Part shown: piece by piece, positions 46,630 through 64,000 of the stretch
Layout: every line of letters starts with the position of its first letter
Position numbering within the stretch: the stretch's first letter is position 1
Assembly (NCBI GenBank): GCA_950097015.1
Contig: CATNEN010000014.1
Coordinates: 248,001 to 312,000 of the forward strand
Length of the DNA stretch: 64,000 bases
Source: Macrostomum hystrix
Taxonomy: Eukaryota > Animalia > Platyhelminthes
Direction of reading: 5' to 3'
The notes under the pieces: generated by a model
Database searches by the model: none
Told to the model about the DNA's origin: nothing
The model's input: the letters and a program-made list of their open reading frames with translations, nothing else
Position numbers and translations under genes: made by a program

Positions 46630-47331
46630 CTTGTCGGCCAACAGACACTTGTTGACTTATTTGTAGGAAACCGAAATTCATAAGCAATGAGAAAGCATTT
46701 GCTAAATTTTAAATTTAAAGGGTGCATGTATACATACTCACTGGCTAACTAGTAAGTATAAATGCATAACAAAATCGAGGACCGTTTCTTGGAAAATTTC
46801 TTGAATGCAGACTTCCCCCGAAAATGCACGAGCGAGATAGGAACTTTTCGCGTTTTTCACAAATGTTTAACATTTTTTGGGAAGCAAACAGATCTAATGC
46901 TGTTTTTCTAATATATATCTAATAATATATTTCGCAAAGCATGTTGCTTAAACTAATTTTGCATAGCTTATTTCATCAAATATAAATTATTCTTTTCGTT
47001 TATTTATTATGAATTACAATAGCAACCAATCAGACATAAATTAGCATATATTGATTGGCTAATGATTTGCTGATGAAAACATTTTTTTAAATTCTCGCAA
47101 TACACTTGAAATTGATTAGAAAGCGACTATAAAATTGAGTTATTTACGAGATAGCTATTGAGTGGCTATTGTGCTTTATAATAAATAAACGAAAATAAAA
47201 TTAAGACCAAATATTTATGATCGAAGCTGTAGCTTTCTCTTGATATTGATTTTCTGAGAAGTATACTGCAGCTGTATGACGTTAACTTTTATTTGTACCA
47301 CCCCGTGGAGTCGTTTCTATAAATATATGTG

Positions 47332-50249
47332 TGTAGCGCTGAGAGGCCGGACGTGTTTGGACCTCCCTGGCTCGATCAACTTGAAACCTGTGAATCGTGT
47401 GTCTCTCATTCTTACTTGATTAAAAGAATGCAACATGGTGGCAGCGGTGGGGGCTCTAACCACCCGTGCAACTTGCGCTTTAATGACGGAGCGCCCGGTG
47501 AATACTCTGAAGACACTAATGAAGAAACCAGCGGAGTGCGGGAGCCGGTTTCACTGGAGGGCGCGAATCTAATGGAAACAATGAAGTTGCTTCTGACGCA
47601 CCAGAGTCGGCAACTTCAGGAATTGACTCGCGCGCAAGAAAGACAGTCAGCGTTCTACATGGATCAACTGGCGCGTCAGCAGGCGGAGTTCACGAGGCTG
47701 CTCGCCGAGGCCAAGCCACGGCCTCCAGCGGCGTAACCCAAGCTATTTAAGCTGACGGACTCTAATGACATCGAGGCATTCCTGATGACCTTCGAGAGGA
47801 CTGCCGCATGGTGTGGATGGCAAAAGTCGGAGTGGACGATCCGGCTGGCCGCTCTTGACAGGCGTCGCGCAGAGTTCATTCCACAGTCTGACGACAGCTG
47901 CGAGCGCGGACTACGGCCTGGCGAAGGCGACTATCCTAGCGAGGTACAACATCGGCGAGGAGACCTACCGACAGCGATTCCGGCCTTTGTGGAAGTCACC
48001 CGAAGAGACCTTCCAGGTGTTCGCGACGAAGCTGGAAGACCTGTTTGACCGGTGGATGATAGCTGGACTGGACGAGGACCAAAGAGAGGCGCTGTTAGGA
48101 GATGACCCCATCGTCAAGCAGAAAGTGCTCCTGGAGCAGTTTACAGAGTCTCTGACAAGGGGACTGCAAGTGTGGATGCGAGAGAGAAAGCCGAAGAACA
48201 TCAAAGAGACTGCGAATCTGGCCGATGACTATGCAATTGCAATTGGAACAACGACAAGACCGGTGGAACACCAGGACACCCGAACCAGGAGACTGCGGAA
48301 GGGGCTACTGTACCCAATGCTATCGCCCGACAAAGGACAGTTCAACGACCGCAAAGTCTCAAGCCTCCGATCAGCTGCTTGAATTGTGGAGGCCCCACAA
48401 GAGGTTTCGGTGTCCCAACAAGCCTTCTAATGTCCAGCTGGCCTCAGAAGCAAGAGCTATGGACGAGGCCTCGGACAGGTTCATCACTGGGCAGGCAGAC
48501 GGCATGGAACTGCGATTCCTGTTGGACACAGGAGCAGATCGAACCACGATCCGACGCAGCTGCCTGCCTGAGCACATCAATTCGACAGGACACCACGCAC
48601 TATTGCGCTGCTTTGGTGGCGACCTACACCGCCCTACTATCGCTAAAGTGGAGCTGCACCTAAACGGCTAAACGAACTACCGAAGTCTGCGTGCCGACTC
48701 ACTCACAGTAAGCGCTTTGGCTGGACTGGATGTGATTAGCCGGCTCCAGCCAGGGGTTGGAGGCACCCCTAGCACAGGACCTGGGGGAGAGGCGCGCGAG
48801 GGGACTAAAGGCCTACCCCTCCCAGCCAATGAGAGAGAGGGGGTGCGCCACACCACCCAAAACCCTAGTTAAAGGGGGACGAGAGACTTCACGTGGAAGG
48901 CATTGTGGCCAGCGGCCTAAACCAGATCGATCCCGAACCTGCTAATAAAGCAAAACCGAGAATGACTAGAGCACAGGTGCGTAAACATCAGCGAGAGTAC
49001 AACAAGGCGAAACAGGAAACAGCAGTGCGCCCCGTTGCATTAGATTACCAGGCAGCCCTACAAGACGACAGTGAGCTTCAGGTGGCAGTACAAACCAGTG
49101 AATTGATAGCAGAAAGCAACGGCAGATTGTATCGACGTCAAGCAGTCGGCGAGGACCAACTGGTGCTTCCGAGAGCTCTGCGTGCTACGGCGCTGTCTCA
49201 GGCCCATGAGAGTGCGTTCGCTGGGCACCTGGGAAGAAGAAAGACCTATCAATGATTGGAACAGCGATTCTGGTGGCCGACAATGATCAAGGACGTGAAG
49301 GACTTCGTAGCAACGTGCGAAAAGTTTCAGAAGACGGCTCGAATCCCGAGCAGCCACCGGGTGCAGCTTGTGCGAGTGCCTGGAGTGGAGGAGGCCTTTA
49401 CCAAAGTTATCATCGACCTTAGCGGGCCGTATCCAAGGACGGCGAGCGGTCACCAGTACATCCTGTCGGTTATCGATGCCGCTACTCGGTTTTCAGAAGG
49501 ATTCCCACTGCGCAAGATCGATGCGGAGTCTGTGGCCAAGGCATTGATGGACTGCTTTGTGAGGACCGGCTTCCCAAAGGCCCCAGAGCGACAGAGGCAC
49601 TAACTTCTCCTCGGCACTGCTGCAGGCCCTGTACCGGTGCACCGCAGTTGAAGGCATCCAGTCGACACCGTACCACGCGCAAAGCCAGGCGCTGGTGGAG
49701 AGGTTCCACGGAACGCTCAAGACTATGTTGAGGCGGCTGCCAGCTCGCGAGAAAAAGAGGTGGGACCAGTACCTGCCTTATTTACTGTTTGCCATCCGAG
49801 AGGTGCCTAACGAGACAACTGGTTTCTCCCCTTTCGAACTGTTGTATGGACGGACCGTCTTCTCGTACTTACGAGGACCGCTGCGACAGACCTGGGACGA
49901 GCAACTATCCGAAGAGAAGAAAAACATCATCTCCTTTGTGCTGGCCCAGAGAGATCGGCTGCGTGCCGGTCAAGAAGCAGCACGGAGCAACGAAGACGTA
50001 GTTCGGAAGCGCCAAAAGCTCTGGTACGACCGGAAGTCGCGGGAACGAGAGCTGAAGCCCGGGGATCAGGTGCTGCTGCTGTTGCCATCGACAGCCAAGA
50101 AGCTCCACTCTGAGTGGCGCGGCCCCTGTGAAGTACTGGAGAATTGCGGCGACGTGAACTATCGGATCCGGATTGGCACGGCAACCAACACGTTCCACAT
50201 CAATCTGCTCAAGAAATACAACGCGCGAGAGTCGATTCTGGTGTGGTGA
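47332..50249 (+). mobile_element. Ty3/gypsy LTR retrotransposon, Gmr1-like (gag, PR, INT), decayed and 3'-truncated; no RT/RNase H or 3' LTR seen
   Basis: Candidate LTR (or LTR 3' part) TG..CA at 47332-47435, then PBS. Gag motifs DIEAFLMTFERTA, YRQRFR, EQF..WMRERKPK; degenerate CCHC; protease LLDTGAD; INT motifs HES..GH..C, IDLSGP, ERFHGTLK, WRGPC. Stops and frameshifts are present. Confidence 0.85.
47436..47451 (+). promoter_or_regulatory. Primer binding site (tRNA-Leu type)
   Basis: TGGTGGCAGCGGTGGG directly follows ..CAACA. It is complementary to the 3' end (CCCACCGCTGCCACCA) of animal tRNA-Leu(AAG/TAG), recalled rather than searched. Confidence 0.75.
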
Positions 50250-50570
50250 GTACATTCTTGTGAATAAATTGAAATTCCATATGTATTCACAAGCTTTTTG
50301 CGCAATATAATTTATTTTATTCTGTGAAAAAGTAGAACTTGGCTCTGACCTTGACCCTATATTCTGATTGGCTTATTTCCTATGCGTAAAACTGGGAGTT
50401 ATTGTACCAAATGTGTTAAACACCTAATTAGTACTTTTTATTGCTATAATAATAAACATGTTTTGAGTGTTGCCTTCGCCGTCCCCGCCCCTTCATACGT
50501 CACAGCTAGTCGAACAAGCTAACATAGGAAGCAATAGATTTAAAATTCCAACCCAAATCCACTACACAAT

Positions 50571-52790
50571 AACAACAACAACAACAACAACAACAGCAAC
50601 AACAACAACAACAAACTACAGCCACCCTGGCTGAAGCCAAAGAGCGAGAAGCTGTCAAAAGGCGCGCGCAAGCGCAGACATGCCTAGGAGGATCAGTCCG
50701 CGAGGGTCAGAGATGCCGGTACAGCTCATCGTTGCTGATATTGGTCGTGGGGTACAAACGCCCCCTCAGCCGGTCTGGCAGTTCGCAGGGAGTGAAACGT
50801 CCCCCAGGCGAGCGCCCTGCGCTCGGCGATGTCGTCCTGCACGCTTGGTACTAGACCGCCGAGGTAGGTGAAAGCCGTGCAGCGAGGGAGCAGCGCCGCC
50901 TGCCCGCTCACATCATGACAGCGGATCTCAGCGGTCAGGGGCGGTCAGCACCATCGTCTTTTTGGCGTTCACAGACAGCCCGACCACGGTGGCTGCCGCG
51001 GCCGTCAGTTTGTCAAGCAGGCGCTGGGCTCCTTCCGCAGAGCTTGACAGCAGCGCCAGATCGTCTGCGTACGCCATTACGGAGAGCCTCTTCTCGAGAT
51101 GTCGTCTACTTGTTCTGCGACAGAGCAAAAAGCCGTCGGAGTCATCAGGAAGGCTGACGCGCAGCACCTAGTCCGGGACCAGGACTAACAGGAAAGGCGC
51201 CAGAGTGTCCCCCTGCAGCACGCCAGAGGACGTGTCGAGGAAGTCCGACCGACCGTCTGGCGTCACAACTGCTGCCCTGGTCTCCTGGAACAGGACCATC
51301 ACAGCCATTGCCAGAATGGTCGCAATGACTCGCCTTGACACCGAATCGAAGGCCTTCAGGAAGTCCACGAAGATGCAGACGACGATCGATTGGTGGATGC
51401 TAACCTCTTCTAGGATGCGGCGCAACGCGAGAATTTGTGTCGCTGTGCCCCTGCCTGGCCTGAAACCGTTCTGCTCTTGCCGGAGAAACTGGTCCAGCAC
51501 TGGCTGCAGCCGCGTCAGCAGCACCCTGTTGTATACAACTTCGCGTCGCAGGACATCAATGAGATTCAATGCTCGGTGCCGGGCTTCTTTGGGATCCCAA
51601 CGATGTGCGCGGTCCGCCACTCGTGAGGGGCGACGCCCCCCGCTAACACGCGGTTCATCACTTGCGTAACTTCCTGCGCCACTCGTGGGAGGCGCAACAC
51701 TTCGACCGGCACTTCGTCAGGACCCGTGGCCTTGCCTCCCGGCGTCTTCTTTGCGAGCTGTAGCACCTCGTCGATGTCGATGGTGATAGGGCTGGTGTGA
51801 AAGGCGCTCTCCTCCGGCAGCGCAACCTCTTCAGGGAGCGACATATCGTCGTTCAGAGGCGGTGGAGGCGCGTTGAGGAAGCCGGAGAAGAAGTCCCGGA
51901 GCTCGTTTCGTCTCTCTTCGGGCGTGTCACCTGCCAGGTTTAGCGCATTGCGCCGCTTGCGGCCCGTCAGCTGGTGACAACCGGCCAAACGGGGCGGGGC
52001 TTCTTGTCAGGGCCGGCGTCGGTGACTTCCCGGATAGAGGCCTCCACTGCGGCGAACTGCCGCATCTTGAAGGTCTCCGCTAGGGCCTTCTCTGCGTTGG
52101 CTGTCCGCTCTTCCGCAGTCTCTCAACTGTCAGCCGAGCCTGCCGGAGTAACTCGTCATCCTGCCACACAGGCTTACCGCTTTGTGCTGGGTGTACAAGC
52201 GGTAGTGTCTTAGTGGCGGCGACATAGACGGCGGTGCTGATGTCCGAGTATTCGGCTGCGGCGGTTGCATCCGGCCTCCCGAATTCTAACGCTTCAGTGA
52301 AGGCCATGCAGAAGCGGCCCCTCACGGATGGATTGCGCAAGGCGCGGAAATAGCATGTCGCCTTGCAAAGTCAACCTGTGCGTCGGTTTTGTTGTTCTCG
52401 CGTTGCATGACGAAACGGGAGCGCTCGGACTGCCGCAGTACAGCGCATAAGTCTTCGAGCACCAGCACCGAGTCGCGCTGAGCCAACGCCTCCAGCTGTG
52501 CCGACAGGAACTCCATGAATTGCTGGTGCTCCGTCGGGTGCGCAGCCGTGGGAGCATTGGCGCAGAACAGACGCACGTTGCGCCAACGTTGACGCAAGTC
52601 AACTCGCAGCAGTCGCGGTGATAGGCTTTCGCATCGTGTGCATCGCTGTAGCCGGGGGCTGATCAGAGCGCCGACTCTTCCTCGGCCTCTTGAGTCCGCT
52701 GAGGTGTACTGTAGGAGCCAGCCGCCGTCGAGATGCTCTTGGTGAAGCCCCGGCTCGGTTGTGATGGAAAGCTCCTGCAGCTACACAACA
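50571..52790 (-). mobile_element. RTE-like non-LTR retrotransposon, decayed and 5'-truncated
   Basis: APE remnants (LQE, GRGRVG, NAPT). RT motifs QNGFRPGR, FVDFLKAFDSV, GVLQGDTLAPF, YADDLAL, FTYLG, split over several frames. (TTG)n 3' tail at 50571-50614. Confidence 0.85.
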
Positions 52791-55700
52791 ACTCTAAGTA
52801 AACACTCGTCACAAATGCGATCTTTTATATAATCTACAACAAGCAATGCGCAGACGAATATATTTTAATTGTCCTTTCGGCAGACGAGATTGCACGGTGT
52901 TTCTTTTAAAGACAAGTTAAAAGCAGACGATGCCTTAAAAGAGACTGGAAACTTTTATAATTATTGTTAGTCCAAACAACCCTCATTTCTTCTGTGCCTA
53001 AACTAAACCCGACAATGATTAGGCGATCAATCAAGGATTCAGCAACTGCTTGGAAAATACATACAATCTGAATCGGATTACAGAACGACAAGTCACAGCC
53101 CTGAAATTATCTAATTTGAAATTATCATGGGCCTAAATGAGATCTTATAGTCACTTCGTCAACTGCGTTTCGTCAAATTGTTGACGAAGTGACCAGAATT
53201 GGCGAAGCTTAATCTGTTGTTGACGAAGTGACCAAGCTTTCTTAGCTGTTCGTCAACTATAGTTTTCAACTATAGCCGCGGAATGCATCTTGCAACGTGC
53301 AACATGACTATGACATGAACATTAAATGCATTCAGCTTGCTGCATACACCGCTACTTTAGTCCCCCTCCAGTCCTCGGATCCAGTACTCCACCTTTTCTC
53401 TGCATGCATGGTTCTCTGAGTTGGTTTTGATCTAGAATTCTGGTTCTATAGTCCTTGCTCTCTTCACGTGCCTCGGCCGTCCAAACGCATCTTCAGCCGC
53501 GTCAGACACTTCTGCGATAAATCAAGAGTGGTCTCTACGGGACTCAAGCCAGTTTTACGACGCCCTCCGTAAGGGTACAAAACAATACACACACCGTAAA
53601 TTGCGGGTTTAAAATTACACGAATATAAAACTAACAATGTTTATACGCTTAACACACCCTTTAGATTTTTTATTTATTGCTGGCCTTAATTTTCTCTTTA
53701 ATTTAAAAAAAATACTATTATTTTTTTTTACTCCAAAAACCTTTAGCTATTAAGCAAACAGTCATTCTTAAATTAAATAATAAATTGCCGCAACGATTAA
53801 TACATGTTAAAGTTTTTTAAATGTAAGCGTAGCGATTAAGATAACTCGGACTATAGAGTAGCCAGTTAGGCCTACAATAAGTGTTAGTTGTCTTCCTAAG
53901 ATTAGGCCTAACCACTAAACCAGTACCATTACTAGTTACTTGACTTCAACCAGACTTACCAGTACTAGTTATGATATAAGTCTTAGATTTAGCCTCAAGC
54001 TTAACTGCTAAAACAATTCAAAGTATAAAAACAAAAATGATTGTAAGTTTTATTTAAAATTTCGGATTAGAATAGGTCTACACAAATTTATTTGTGTTGA
54101 CCATGCTCATACGTAGTCTACACAAACAAACTAATAAAAGCATAGGATTTTCGTGTACCTTGCACACTTCCCTTGTAGCCAGGCAGAGCAATGACATGGT
54201 GCAACTATTTTTATTTGCTATTGCCTCTATTGCTTGCTATTGTTAAACTTTTTTAACCATGCATATGCTGCATACATTGAACACTCAGTATATGTGTAGT
54301 GAGTTGTACATAATATTATCAGTAAATTACTTTAAGCAATGCACTGTTTTGGGATTGGTAAATTAAACTAATTGTTTATGCTGTTAGTGTCAAGTATACT
54401 TAACTATGCAGGGTAATAGGAATAAATTATGCTTATGGCAAATTTTGCAAGGCCAAAAAATCAGTTAGCTTTCGAATGGCCTCCAGTCTTTCTGTAATTT
54501 AATCCAATGTTTAATTTAGGTCCCTATCTAATTATAACTATAGGCCTAGCCTTAAACAGGAATGCATAACAGTAAAACTCAAATATTTTTATAAAACACT
54601 TGTCAGCTGGTCTGTGTAATCACCAAACCAGACCACAAAAGACTATAGTGCTAGTGGGACCAAGGCAATAGTTATTTATTTTTTTAATTTGGCTAAGAGA
54701 GCTAAGGGCCTTACTCTTGAAGATATTGTATACGCCGGATTCCTCCGGTGTACACCATGGCTTAGGCCAATTTGGAGTACAGTTTCTGGCGTACAAAAAC
54801 TCTGAAAAAATGTAATGGCATACAAAGTAACAACTGGACAAGTGCAACTTTAATTGGCATACAGTATTATAAAAGCCTAATAAAATGTAACTCATAAGAT
54901 AACATAAGACATTTAAATTTTTTATATATTCTCTGCTCGCAAATATATCTTAGTTTGTTTTGTAATAAAAAACAAATTAATAAAAATGCCAGCAAATAAA
55001 ATGTAAGGATTATTACACAGTTTACGGAAGTGAATTTGTTTATTTTGTTTTACCTTATCATGCAAATTGCTTCGATCGAAATGTATTAATCTACATCATA
55101 CATTTTTGTAATTTTTGTCACAACAGCAGTGCAAGAAAGTTAATGAAGAAATTCTCAGTTGACTGCTTTTGGCGTACAATTATTTTGTGCTGAAAAACAT
55201 TGGTGTACAATGGTGTACATTACATTTTATTTTACTTTCTGCCTCCGGCGTACACATAGCATGATCGAGACTATAGGCTAAGGGCAAGGCTAGATATGTC
55301 TGTATAGTCTATGTCTATCTGTCTGGTTGTCTATCTGTCTAGTTGATATTGTAAAGGTCAATAGTAAATGTTTTTAAACTAAAAACATCCTGGAATTGAG
55401 CCTCAAAACAAAGCATTTCAATTCTGGGATTTTTAGGCTTGAAATTGGTTTGTAGTTTGGGCTAATTATAATCCTTAGGATTATAACATTGCAAGATCAG
55501 GATTAAAGGAATTTTAAGGCTTAAATCCTGAGATTGCTTTGGCATTTAAACCAATTTCAAGTCTCCATCTCTTTCAACTTAAGTATTATGTAAAATTCAC
55601 AAAAAATTAAAACTTTCAAAATATTACAATTAATATAACTGCTGCTTACATGTCTCTGTTGAAATCTGACATCAAGAAATAGTAGAATTTGTTAAAACTG

Positions 55701-56722
55701 TTTTAATCAAGTGCCACAATTTGTAAAATGATTTACTGAAACAATTTTTTTTCTCTTAAAACAATTATCCTTCAAAGTTTACTTTCAAGATTTTGGTATG
55801 ATATATCAACATCATATATAGTGTATAATATTCTTCGGACAAAAGCTAATAGCAGACTAATCTTGTCATAGAAAAAAATATGTGTACAATGTATATATAT
55901 GTAGATTTTTGCATGGTGAAGTACAGTTAAATTAAAGGAAATATGATGTGGGATTTAACAGCTAAAACAAGTATAATTTTGGTGTCAATTTGATATAAAA
56001 TATTTAGCTAGCAATTTGTCTGCCTCAATTCCTAAATTTAGGCTTCCCTAAATTTATGTTTTAATGCAACTAAAACTAAAAAATAAAAGCCAACAAAAAT
56101 AGAAAAAGCAATCATTCATTTCACAAAATAAAAAAATTCTCTGAACAAGCAAGCCAAAAAGAATAATAACATTTTTTTAAAATAATTTCTGAAACTATAT
56201 TAAATGTCATCATAAAATTGTCAGCTTCTGAAAAGTATGTTCAAGAGACAGTGGCATGTTCTATAACTATCAAATTGCTGGCTAGCTATCAAGTTGCAAT
56301 GTTTAGTAATATTCTATTGTAGTCTAGGATTCTCACTGATCAATTCTTTGTGTACTTGTGTACTGTGTACTGCTCAATGCCAGGGTTGCAACATTGTAGC
56401 TGAAAAACTCTTCTGCAATCTGGAAGAAAATTGGGTGAATTTCTTTACTTTGTGGTTATTTTTGGTTGAGCCATGTCTAAGCCACATACATTAGATATTG
56501 CTTCCTAAGCTAGATAATATGGTTGTAATGCTTGCACTGACTCTTAGTATTGGCTCTTAGGCTACTCATTAGCATGTGAATTTTTGCAGTTTGGGCTATA
56601 TCTTAACAAATTGTTGCCGTATCCTGTACTGAGGATGGTCAGATTCTGTGGCTGGCTTTAATGTGATTTGTCAGCTTTTCTTTGCTTTTGGTGCTTGTGC
56701 CTCAAATATAGGAATTATAACT

Positions 56723-57070
56723 TTGGGCTTGGCTCTTGCTAGGTGACAGTTAAGAATGGTTTCCTGAACCTGAGTGGCTTCCACCTGCTCCATTATAGAG
56801 TAACAAGATTTTTAACTGTGGGCTTGGCTCTTGCCAGGTTGCAGCTAAGAATGGTTTCCTGAACCTGAGCAGCTTCCACCTGCTCCATTAGAGAGTAACA
56901 AGATTTTTAACTGTGGGCTTGGCTCTTGCCAGGTTGCAGCTAAGAATGGTTTCCTGAACCTGAGTGGCTTCCACCTGCTCCATTAGAGAGTAACAAGATT
57001 TTTAACTGTGGGCTTGGCTCTTGCCAGGTTGCAGCTAAGAATGGTTTCCTGAACCTGAGTGACTTCCACC
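56723..57070. repeat. About 95-bp tandem repeat, about 3.7 copies
   Basis: TAACAAGATTTTTAACTGTGGGCTTGGCTC.. recurs at 56801, 56896 and 56991. Confidence 0.9.
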
Positions 57071-57744
57071 TTCCTTTCCCGAAAAAAACATTGTAAACTT
57101 GTCAAGTCAGCAACTTGGTACTTTGTACTTGACTGTACTTAAAAAGTTTGTCATGTTGGAGATCCAAGTACTTGGCAAGAAGTAGGTCGGTCGACATGTA
57201 GTTCAAACATTTAATACTTAGGAAGTACTTGGAAGTTATTATCTGAAATAGTTTGGTATCTGTACTTGAAAGTAACTTTAAATTCAAAATCAACATCCCA
57301 AACTTGCCAAGCTTGTAACAATACTTTGCAGTAACTATTCAAGTATGTCATGTTTACTTTCAAAGTTACTTGTCAAGTTTATTAGGGTTAGGGTTAAATA
57401 ACCCTCTAATTCTAAGCTATGTCAATTCACCTCTGCACGTGAATGTACATAAAACAAGACATAAAATCGCAAACAGGCACAGGTGCGTACATGGCAGAGA
57501 ATCAATAACCGAGGAAACTGCTATACGCGCAGGCGCTTTATCACAATAAATAGCATGTGTTGCTTTAGTTTTGATCTTTTAGTTTTTTATAATAGAGAAT
57601 CAAACACATAATACATTTCTTCAAATTTATAATATTTCTGTTTATTTCTGTACAAATTTATCATTTGTCCACGCATATTGTCTAATTAAATGTCTTGATT
57701 TTTTGCTTATTTATTACATTCTACATTCTAATGGGATTGTAGTT

Positions 57745-57985
57745 GATTCAAAGAGGCGTCCGACTTATGACTTAACGGTCGTGGGTTCGTTCCCTACTCC
57801 ACAGTAACGATTCGTGAACTCAAGCAAGACAACTACGCGTTGCTTCAGTTCACCCAGCTGTTAAATGCATACCAGCATTAGCTGGGGTAATTGAGGGTGG
57901 GTGAGGCGTTCCCGCAGTGCATGGACTGAACAGCGAAATGCAGCCTTCAGATGTGCTGGGCAATAGCTGCGGCTGTGCACCCCTT
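57745..57985 (+). mobile_element. tRNA-derived SINE, copy 2
   Basis: B-box-like GGTTCGTTCCC. Core and 3' segment (GCAATAGCTGCGGCTGTGC) are shared with the copy at 34305-34561. Confidence 0.7.
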
Positions 57986-58184
57986 GCCTGATTGGGCAGG
58001 TTTTATTAATTAAAAATTTAATAAATTAACTAAATTCTGCAAAGAAATATTTAAAATATATGATCAGACAAATCGGAGTGTTATTCCACTTTTTATGAAA
58101 TTGCAATAGAGTTTTAACATTGTCGTTGCGCACAAACCTGCAGCTAAACAGCTCCGGCATCAAAATCAGCATCAGCAGCCACCG

Positions 58185-61533
<3,349 letters not shown>

Positions 61534-62795
61534 CTGGAGACGCTTGCTCATTCCGCCAGTCCTACCTGTTTGTCCTGTGAGCCCTTTCTTCTGGCACTGT
61601 GCAATCTTTGGTCCGAAGACGGCCTAATCTTCTGCTTGGTGTGTGCAAAAGTTCTTGCATTAATGATATGACTCCTTATGAGAATGCAGCTTTTATAAGC
61701 GAATTGTGCAACCCGCACTATTGCATTCGTCCCATTAAACTAAATTTGTGTTATTTATGATTTTGTCTTTAAAGCTATTGTAACTGACGTGGCTTTTTGT
61801 CACATAAAAGTGTAAATATTTGTTTTGCTAACAATAGACGTTGCTGTGGCATGTATAACGGAGACTGTGATTTGAATCGGGCCTGTTTTTGTTTTGTCAG
61901 TGCCGTGTCGAGTCCACACGATCTGTCCACTGAGCACCAACACCTTTGCGCTTCTGTCTATTCGGGTCTGTACTTCCGCCTGCCAGCTGAATATGGGTTT
62001 CTCAAAGGTTCAACTGCAGCGGTGATGCATATTGAAATGATTCTCTGGTGTTGCTATGCTATTTTAAGTCCTTTGTCACGGCCGACTGCTCGTTTTTTCC
62101 TCCGTTTTTTACTTTGCTAACAGAACTTGCGGCTTGCATAACTTTGCGATGACAACAATAGTTACTAGTTTTTATTGTATAGAGCGCTTGTGCTTAACAT
62201 TTCACTTTTCTGTTGTCTGATTATTAGTTTTATCTGATCGTGTCAGATAGTGTTAAATCTGTTTTTACTCGTAGTCCCAATTTGAGATCACTGTTTACAT
62301 GCGAACCAACTTGTTTTTTGTTTCTACGCGCTGTTTTTAAACTATTTGTAGCTTACGAATTGCACATCTTGTTACTTCTAGTAGCACTCTCCGTTTTTTG
62401 TTTGACTTGGCGAGATTGCCTGTGTAATTCTGTCCCATGTATACAGTGCAGCTCTGGCCCTGGGGTCTGGCGGCTAGCAGTCTAATTGGCTAATGTAAAT
62501 CATGCGCTCATCGCGTAGCCGAATCCCGTGTCCTGCCACCCGGCTCTTTGACTGCACCTTGCTTGTAAACTATTCGTCAGGCATTAAGGCAAAATATATG
62601 TTTCTCCTAACTCCGCTTTCAATACCCACACGACGACTCATGGCCTTGTGGAGTTTTTATGCAATAATTTTTACTAGACCTTAATGCTGCAATCGCAAGT
62701 TTTAAGAAGCACAGACGATTTTGACACACTTAGTAAATTGGCAAATGTATCCTTTCGGCAGACTTCCCCTTTAATTAACCAACTAGCTAGCATAA

Positions 62796-62974
62796 CTAAC
62801 AGCCAAGTTCCTACTCAGCACCCAGAGCATCAGCATCAGTTATCCCTAACAGTCAAGTTCCTACTCAGCACCCAGAGCATCAGCATCAGTTATCCCTAAC
62901 AGCCAAGTTCCTACTCAGCACCCAGAGCATCAGCATCAGTTATCCCTAACAGCCAGTTCCTACTCAGCACCCAG
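62796..62974. repeat. 50-bp tandem repeat, about 3.5 copies, upstream of METAP2
   Basis: Unit CCAAGTTCCTACTCAGCACCCAGAGCATCAGCATCAGTTATCCCTAACAG. Confidence 0.9.
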
Positions 62975-63077
62975 TCGTGAGTAGCACGCAGCAGCACCCG
63001 CTTATCCCTTATATGTGCTCTTTCAGTGCGCGGAAGCGAGTTCGCGAGTCTAGTCCAGCATACCAACTCAAATCTAA

Positions 63078-63999
<922 letters not shown>

Positions 64000-64000
64000 A

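Noticed and set aside
53400-53575. Possible upstream KAT6 exon (open frame ending AAGG|GT)
   Set aside because: No similarity to KAT6 winged-helix sequence and no start codon or convincing acceptor.

Overview
Eukaryotic (metazoan) genomic DNA with spliced genes, many intronic minisatellites and several transposons. The composition resembles a free-living flatworm such as Macrostomum; that assignment is inference only. I rebuilt seven host gene models by hand from GT-AG junctions and reading phase: DLD (+), a small FN2/coiled-coil membrane protein (-), a 14-exon GABA-B-like class C GPCR (-), a TRIC/TMEM38 channel (+), a 12-exon gp130/Domeless-like cytokine receptor (-), KAT6/MYST (+) and the 5' part of METAP2 (+). 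Mobile elements: a near-intact Tc1 with TIRs and TA TSD; a decayed LOA-type LINE with a 14-bp TSD that carries a nested, open-ORF Ingi-type LINE with a 2A-like peptide, both inside intron 6 of the GPCR; a truncated Gmr1-like gypsy element (SCAN-like Gag, PR-INT order, tRNA-Leu PBS); a decayed RTE-like LINE; and two copies of a tRNA-derived SINE. Most interesting: (1) the unannotated cytokine-receptor-like gene; (2) minisatellites built from exon-intron junctions that create arrays of spare, sometimes in-frame, splice sites; (3) the FN2 membrane protein. All domain calls are motif recognition by eye; no database searches were run.
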